DNA of 32,000 nt from Hyperthermus butylicus DSM 5456 (GTDB taxonomy: Archaea > Thermoproteota > Thermoprotei_A > Sulfolobales > Pyrodictiaceae): the NCBI RefSeq assembly GCF_000015145.1, contig NC_008818.1, positions 1,170,001-1,202,000 on the forward strand, in the 5' to 3' direction. Position 1 is the stretch's first letter. Every line of letters starts with the position of its first letter. The notes beneath the pieces are model-generated. The model saw only the letters and a list, made by a program, of their open reading frames with translations. It was not told the origin of the DNA and made no database searches. Of the stretch, positions 27,346 to 32,000 are shown in pieces. Made by a program: the position numbers and the translations under genes.

Positions 27346-28539
27346 GTGAAGCTGCCGGCGAGGCTGGAAGCGCTACAGAAGCTTAAGGCGAGGCTTGCTG
27401 AGACGCTGGAAGCTAAGCTCGAACCTAGAGAACGCGAGACTGCAAGACGGGACCACCATGCATACCGTAGGCCCCGACCATGCGGCATGACTATTCATAC
27501 CGGCGTGGGCTGTAATGTGGGCTGCCTTTACTGCTACGTACCCGACATGGGATTTCCGCTTAAGCCTAGACCATACCCTCTCAACGGCCTACAGTTGGTT
27601 TACGCACTAGTCCTCAATCCATACTTTGTACCCGGCCCCGACGGTACTCTGCTAGCCTTCGGCTCTGTAACCGAGCCACTGCTACCTGAAACCGTAGAGC
27701 AAACCATAGAGTATCTACGGCATACACGCAACTACCTTGGAAACCCACAACAGCTTTCAACAAAACTCGTGGTTCAGGGAGAGCTTTTTGAGAGGTTCAC
27801 CGAAGCACTAGAGCCGAGAGCAAACATACTCATAACCATTACTACGATCTCGAAGGCGCATATCCTCGAGCCTAGAGCACCACCACCTATGGAGAGGTTT
27901 GAGTTTGCACGCATGCTCGTAGAGCGAGGTATTAATGTAACTCTCTTCCTGCGCCCTATAATACCTGGTGTGACTGATAGGGAGCTTGATGCGATACTAT
28001 CGGCTGCAGCCAGGGCAGGAGTACGCACCATTGTTCCAGGCAGTCTCCGTGTAACACCAGGAATCATACGTAGGCTCCGAGCCTCTCGCATCGTCGACAT
28101 GGCTGAGATCGAGAGGAGGCTGCCAAGGAAGCCCCGCAGTAGCCGCGACCAGGTTGCGATACGCGAAACGGACCTGAAGAACCTCGTGGCCCGTAAAGCT
28201 AGGGCTTACGGGCTAAGGGTTCTGCCCAGTAGCTGCTCAGCAAACATAAGGTCCCATGGCCTTGCATGCCATGCATGCATCTGGGGCCCTTGTGGTAATC
28301 CGAAATTACTCCCGCGACTCGTGGAGGAGGAGGTTGCTGAGGCTGCAGAGCTTCTGGGCTGCAGAAAGCCCCGTGTGAGGATCTCTGGATTCCGGGTGCT
28401 AGTCCGGTGCGGCTCAAGGCTTGAGGCAAAGACGAGGAATATAATCCAGTCGTGGCTTGAAACTCTGACAAAGAGGACTGTAACTGTTATAGCTCCCGGC
28501 CTACGTGGCAAGGGGTATGAGGCGTATGAGGAGGACTAG
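27346..28539 (+). CDS. Radical SAM protein (SPL-type)
   Basis: TGVGCNVGCLYCYVPDMGFPLKPRPYP (CxxxCxxC) and C-terminal CxxHGLACHACIWGPCGNP cysteine cluster. Confidence 0.88.
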   Translation: MKLPARLEALQKLKARLAETLEAKLEPRERETARRDHHAYRRPRPCGMTIHTGVGCNVGCLYCYVPDMGFPLKPRPYPLNGLQLVYALVLNPYFVPGPDGTLLAFGSVTEPLLPETVEQTIEYLRHTRNYLGNPQQLSTKLVVQGELFERFTEALEPRANILITITTISKAHILEPRAPPPMERFEFARMLVERGINVTLFLRPIIPGVTDRELDAILSAAARAGVRTIVPGSLRVTPGIIRRLRASRIVDMAEIERRLPRKPRSSRDQVAIRETDLKNLVARKARAYGLRVLPSSCSANIRSHGLACHACIWGPCGNPKLLPRLVEEEVAEAAELLGCRKPRVRISGFRVLVRCGSRLEAKTRNIIQSWLETLTKRTVTVIAPGLRGKGYEAYEED

Positions 28540-28542
28540 GCT

Positions 28543-29124
28543 GTGACAGGCGAGCAGGCTGGACGGTACCGTCTATTCAACCTAGTCATAGCCTATGAGC
28601 CTGGCACACATCGGGAGGATGATGCTATACGGCTTCTCCGGAGCATCATACCGGGCTTCCGGGTATTTGACGTAGCACAGTTCCTCATACTCGGGAAGGT
28701 CTATGGAAACCCTTACCAGGCTGTACAAGCTGCTGCAGAAAAGCTTTCAGAGGATGACCCCATACTCCGCATGATACCTGTTGATTACAACACGCCACCC
28801 TACGTGGAGTCTGTCGCTCCTCTCATCGCAGAACTCATCCGGGAGAGAGCTAAGCCTGGCGACACGTTTGCAGTGAGGCTTGAGGGCTATCTCTACAGCA
28901 GGGAGACTGAGAGAAAGCTCCACAAGAGGGAAGCCATAGAAGCGATAGCAGAGAACATAGATCTACCCGTAGACCTGGACAATCCGAGGATACTCGTGCT
29001 TGTAAAGGTTGTAAGGCTAACCCGCTCACTAAGCTATGCAGCTGTAACAGTTGCGCCACCCTGCACCATCTACTCGAGGCACCATGGCGGAGGCGTCTGT
29101 AGGGTAGAGTGGCCCCCAGCCTAG
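28543..29124 (+). CDS. THUMP-domain-like protein
   Basis: AKPGDTFAVRLEGYLYSRETERKLHKREAIEAIAENIDLPVDLDNPRILVLVKVV. Confidence 0.65.
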   Translation: MTGEQAGRYRLFNLVIAYEPGTHREDDAIRLLRSIIPGFRVFDVAQFLILGKVYGNPYQAVQAAAEKLSEDDPILRMIPVDYNTPPYVESVAPLIAELIRERAKPGDTFAVRLEGYLYSRETERKLHKREAIEAIAENIDLPVDLDNPRILVLVKVVRLTRSLSYAAVTVAPPCTIYSRHHGGGVCRVEWPPA

Positions 29125-29201
29125 AGGGCTAGGAGCCCTAAACCCTAGTAGGGTCCTATGAAGGGTAGTCCATGTATTAGCTTCTATGGGGAGGACAGTT
29201 A

Positions 29202-30713
29202 TTGAGCCGCCAGCAGCCAGGAGAGGTGGTCGGCTTCACCATTGATAATGCTACACCAAGTATTGTCCGCTTCGTTTCGACGAATCCACCCCCAATTGGA
29301 GACTATGTTGTTGTCGAGTCTCCCGAAGGCTATGTACTAGGTCTCGTAGAACGCGTTGGAACGAAGAGTATGACACTTGCATTCATGTCTACAGCTTTCG
29401 ACCCACGACTCATTGAGAGACTCGGCGATGAACTGAGAGGCGACGTTTACTTTGAATGCATCGCAAGACTGCTAGGCAGACTTGAGGATTTGAAATTACC
29501 GCGGCTACCACCGCTTCCAGGTGCACGTGTGTATAAAGCGCCAAGAGCAGTTCTTGAGAAGGTGTTTGGGGGCAAGGAGCCCTACTACATTAGGCTCGGT
29601 GTTCTCGCCTCCAGACCCGACGTACAAGTTAACGTGAATGTAAACATGCTTGTTACTAGGCATACCGCCATACTAGCCATAACTGGTGCTGGCAAGAGTA
29701 ACACAGTAGCAGTTATTGTTGACAGGCTTGTAAGGATAGGCGGAACAGTAGTAATCCTAGACTTTCACGGCGAGTACCTAGCCTCAAACCTTGGAGGGGG
29801 AAGGGTAAATATTATCGAGCCACGGCTTAACCCACGCCACTTATCCATAGCTGAGCTTATGACGCTACTGGGCATAGAGCACAGGTTCTATAACCAGGAG
29901 CGTGTTCTCCGCAAGGCTCTGCGCAGGCTCGAACAGCGCAGCGTACACACCAAGGGCTTCCTTGACGAGCTTGCTGAGGAGCTGGAGAAGCTCGGTACTA
30001 GCCGAAGAGAGGAGGTCACGGCCATAAACGCAGTCATAAACAAGATTGAGAGCGTAAAGGACCGCTATAGCGACATACTTGACGACGAGGCTGCGGACAT
30101 AGTTGCAAGGATTAGACCAGGTTATGCAAACGTTGTTGACCTGAGTAGGCTTGACCGGGACGCCATAGACGTTACCGCGAGCCATTTACTGCGAAAGGTG
30201 CTATGGGAGAGAAAGCTACACAAACTCGGCGTGAAGAGTAGATTACCATACCCTATCCTCATAGTAGTTGAGGAGGCGCACATACTAGCGCCAAAGGATG
30301 AAGACACCTTGTCGAAGTACTGGCTGGCAAGGATAGCTAGGGAAGGGAGGAAATTCGGAGTAGGCCTCATGCTTGTAAGCCAGCGCCCCAAAACACTTGA
30401 CCCGGATATTCTTAGCCAGGCGAATAACCTTATAGTGCTTCGGATTGTCGAACCAAGCGACCAGCGCTACATACAAGCCGCAAGCGAATCCCTTACCGAT
30501 GACCTTGTTGAACAGCTTCCAGCGCTAAACACGGGCGAGGCAATAGTAATAGGGCCCCTCATCCGCGTCCCGGCGCTGGTTAAGATAGACAAGTACCCAG
30601 GTCCTCTCGGCGGCAGCGATATAGACGTTGTGGCCGAGTGGCAGAACCATATGAGCCAGGAATCCGAGGCCGAAGAGTCCACAATAGAAGATGTACTATC
30701 AAACCTCATGTAG
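29202..30713 (+). CDS. herA: HerA-type helicase/ATPase
   Basis: ILAITGAGKSNTVAVIVDRL (Walker A), ILIVVEEAHILAPK (Walker B), LVSQRPKTLDPDILSQANNLIVLRIVEPSDQRYIQ; upstream of mre11/rad50. Confidence 0.93.
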   Translation: MSRQQPGEVVGFTIDNATPSIVRFVSTNPPPIGDYVVVESPEGYVLGLVERVGTKSMTLAFMSTAFDPRLIERLGDELRGDVYFECIARLLGRLEDLKLPRLPPLPGARVYKAPRAVLEKVFGGKEPYYIRLGVLASRPDVQVNVNVNMLVTRHTAILAITGAGKSNTVAVIVDRLVRIGGTVVILDFHGEYLASNLGGGRVNIIEPRLNPRHLSIAELMTLLGIEHRFYNQERVLRKALRRLEQRSVHTKGFLDELAEELEKLGTSRREEVTAINAVINKIESVKDRYSDILDDEAADIVARIRPGYANVVDLSRLDRDAIDVTASHLLRKVLWERKLHKLGVKSRLPYPILIVVEEAHILAPKDEDTLSKYWLARIAREGRKFGVGLMLVSQRPKTLDPDILSQANNLIVLRIVEPSDQRYIQAASESLTDDLVEQLPALNTGEAIVIGPLIRVPALVKIDKYPGPLGGSDIDVVAEWQNHMSQESEAEESTIEDVLSNLM

Positions 30714-30733
30714 TAACACCCCTAGGAGGGGAT

Positions 30734-31957
30734 ATGACGGAGGCTGACTATAGCGTGGAGCATCTACACTTGCTTCACGTGTCTGATACTCATCTTGGCT
30801 ACCGACAGTACGGCATTATAGAGCGAGAAATGGACTTCTACCAGGTGTTCGAGGAGGTAATCGATATAGCAATCCGCGAACATGTAGATGCAGTCATACA
30901 TACTGGCGACCTATTTGACTCTACAAGGCCACCAGCACAAGCCATAAGGGCTGCAATAAGAGCGCTTAAGAAACTAAGAGGACATGGTATACCCTTCATA
31001 GTTCTCGCGGGTGACCACGACACTCCTAAGCGTGCAAACCTCTCACCCCTCACCGAGCTCGATGAGGTCGGGCTGGCATACACTATAGGAGCCATCGGAG
31101 ATAAGCCGACAACCATACAAATTGATACAAGACATGGTCGCTTACTTGTTAGCGGTATAAGGAGCCAGAAGGGACTCCATGCCAGGAAACATTTGCTTGA
31201 TGCGTTTAAACAGCTTGTCCCCCGCGATAGGAGCACTGTGAACATACTCTTGCTCCACCAGGCTCTCCGCGAGGTCGCCCCCAACTACGAGGTTGAACTG
31301 GGCGAACTTCCCAAGGGATTCTCATACTACGCGCTAGGACACATACATCTCTACCGCGAGTTTAGGCTAGGAGATGCTGCAGTGGTATACCCTGGCTCGC
31401 CCGAAGTCCTAAGGATTGATGAGGCTCGCGAACAGCCTCAGCGCTATGTTGTACTCGTAGAGGTAGACCAACGTTCAACAAAATCACTTGAAAGAATAAG
31501 GCTGGAGATGCCAAGGCCCATAGTTTACAAGGAGATCATCTATCAAGGCCTTGCCGAGTTTAAGAGCTTGCTCGTGGAGCTTCGGGAGAAGCTTGCAAAG
31601 ATGGCAGCTAAGGGAGTGAAGAAGCCTCTACTATACATGTACGTGAAGCGGTTACCAAGGGGCTCGAAGACAGATATCTACACACTCGTCGAGAGGATTC
31701 TGGGAAGCTACATCCTAGACTACAAGCTTAACATTGAGACAGTGATAGAGAATGTGCCGAAGACTGTGCAGAGTGCAGCCGCCACTATAAACATTGAGAA
31801 TATACTCCGGGAGCTTCTCGGAAACGACGAGCTAGCACAGCTAGCAGTAAAACTCATTGAAATCCTTGGAGGCGAGTCCGAGAAGCATGCGCTCAAGGAG
31901 GCCTACAGTATTGTTGCGCAAGAGTTTGGCCTTGATAGGGAGGCTGGTCTACTATGA
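30734..31957 (+). CDS. mre11: DNA double-strand break repair protein Mre11
   Basis: Start at ATG 30734: MTEADYSVEHLHLLHVSDTHLGYRQYG..., HTGDLFDSTRP, VLAGDHDTP, ALGHIHLYR phosphodiesterase motifs. Confidence 0.93.
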   Translation: MTEADYSVEHLHLLHVSDTHLGYRQYGIIEREMDFYQVFEEVIDIAIREHVDAVIHTGDLFDSTRPPAQAIRAAIRALKKLRGHGIPFIVLAGDHDTPKRANLSPLTELDEVGLAYTIGAIGDKPTTIQIDTRHGRLLVSGIRSQKGLHARKHLLDAFKQLVPRDRSTVNILLLHQALREVAPNYEVELGELPKGFSYYALGHIHLYREFRLGDAAVVYPGSPEVLRIDEAREQPQRYVVLVEVDQRSTKSLERIRLEMPRPIVYKEIIYQGLAEFKSLLVELREKLAKMAAKGVKKPLLYMYVKRLPRGSKTDIYTLVERILGSYILDYKLNIETVIENVPKTVQSAAATINIENILRELLGNDELAQLAVKLIEILGGESEKHALKEAYSIVAQEFGLDREAGLL

Positions 31958-32000
31958 TCATAGAGGCTGTTGAGCTGGAGAACTTCCTCAGCCATCGCTA
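31954..32000 (+). CDS. rad50: Rad50 N-terminus (continues beyond window)
   Basis: ATGA overlap with the mre11 stop; MIIEAVELENFLSHR is the canonical Rad50 N-terminus. Confidence 0.88.
   Translation, partial: MIIEAVELENFLSHR

Noticed and set aside
1-32000. CRISPR array or cas genes
   Set aside because: No regularly spaced direct repeats and no Cas-like proteins seen.
29202-32000. HerA-Mre11-Rad50 cluster as a potential novel defence system
   Set aside because: This is the standard archaeal DNA end-resection operon (normally with NurA), with canonical motifs and ATGA overlap.

Overview
The window looks like chromosomal DNA of a hyperthermophilic crenarchaeon (Thermoproteota). This rests on gene content, an intron-containing archaeal tRNA, and a HerA-Mre11-Rad50 operon. 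Housekeeping segments: BirA C-terminus, dCTP deaminase, tRNA-Pro(GGG), superoxide reductase, an MFS transporter and tRNA-Arg(CCG) at about 1-3.8 kb; and tRNA-Arg(TCG), an M28-like peptidase, ArgRS, a CBS protein, an AdoMet/arginine decarboxylase-family protein, a methyltransferase, CysRS, a radical SAM protein, a THUMP-like protein, HerA, Mre11 and the Rad50 start at about 17.2-32 kb. The middle (about 3.8-16.5 kb) is accessory. It contains a degraded tyrosine integrase next to tRNA-Arg(CCG), a serine recombinase with a nonsense codon, and a five-gene minus-strand operon (6.8-12.35 kb). That operon encodes a secreted protein with a PEP-CTERM-like C-terminal tail (VPELG, hydrophobic helix, basic residues), a membrane-tethered winged-helix protein, a GT2 glycosyltransferase, an archaeosortase and a large multi-pass membrane protein. 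I regard this archaeosortase/substrate/glycosyltransferase/regulator cassette as the most interesting system here. The regulator's predicted start (ATGA overlap with the substrate stop) is separated from its body by a frameshift exactly at a T8 homopolymer. A degenerate copy of the 3' half of tRNA-Arg(CCG) lies at about 12.71-12.76 kb, just upstream of the operon. It may mark the far end of a decayed integrative element about 9 kb long that carries the cassette. All family assignments are by eye from protein motifs; no database search was run.
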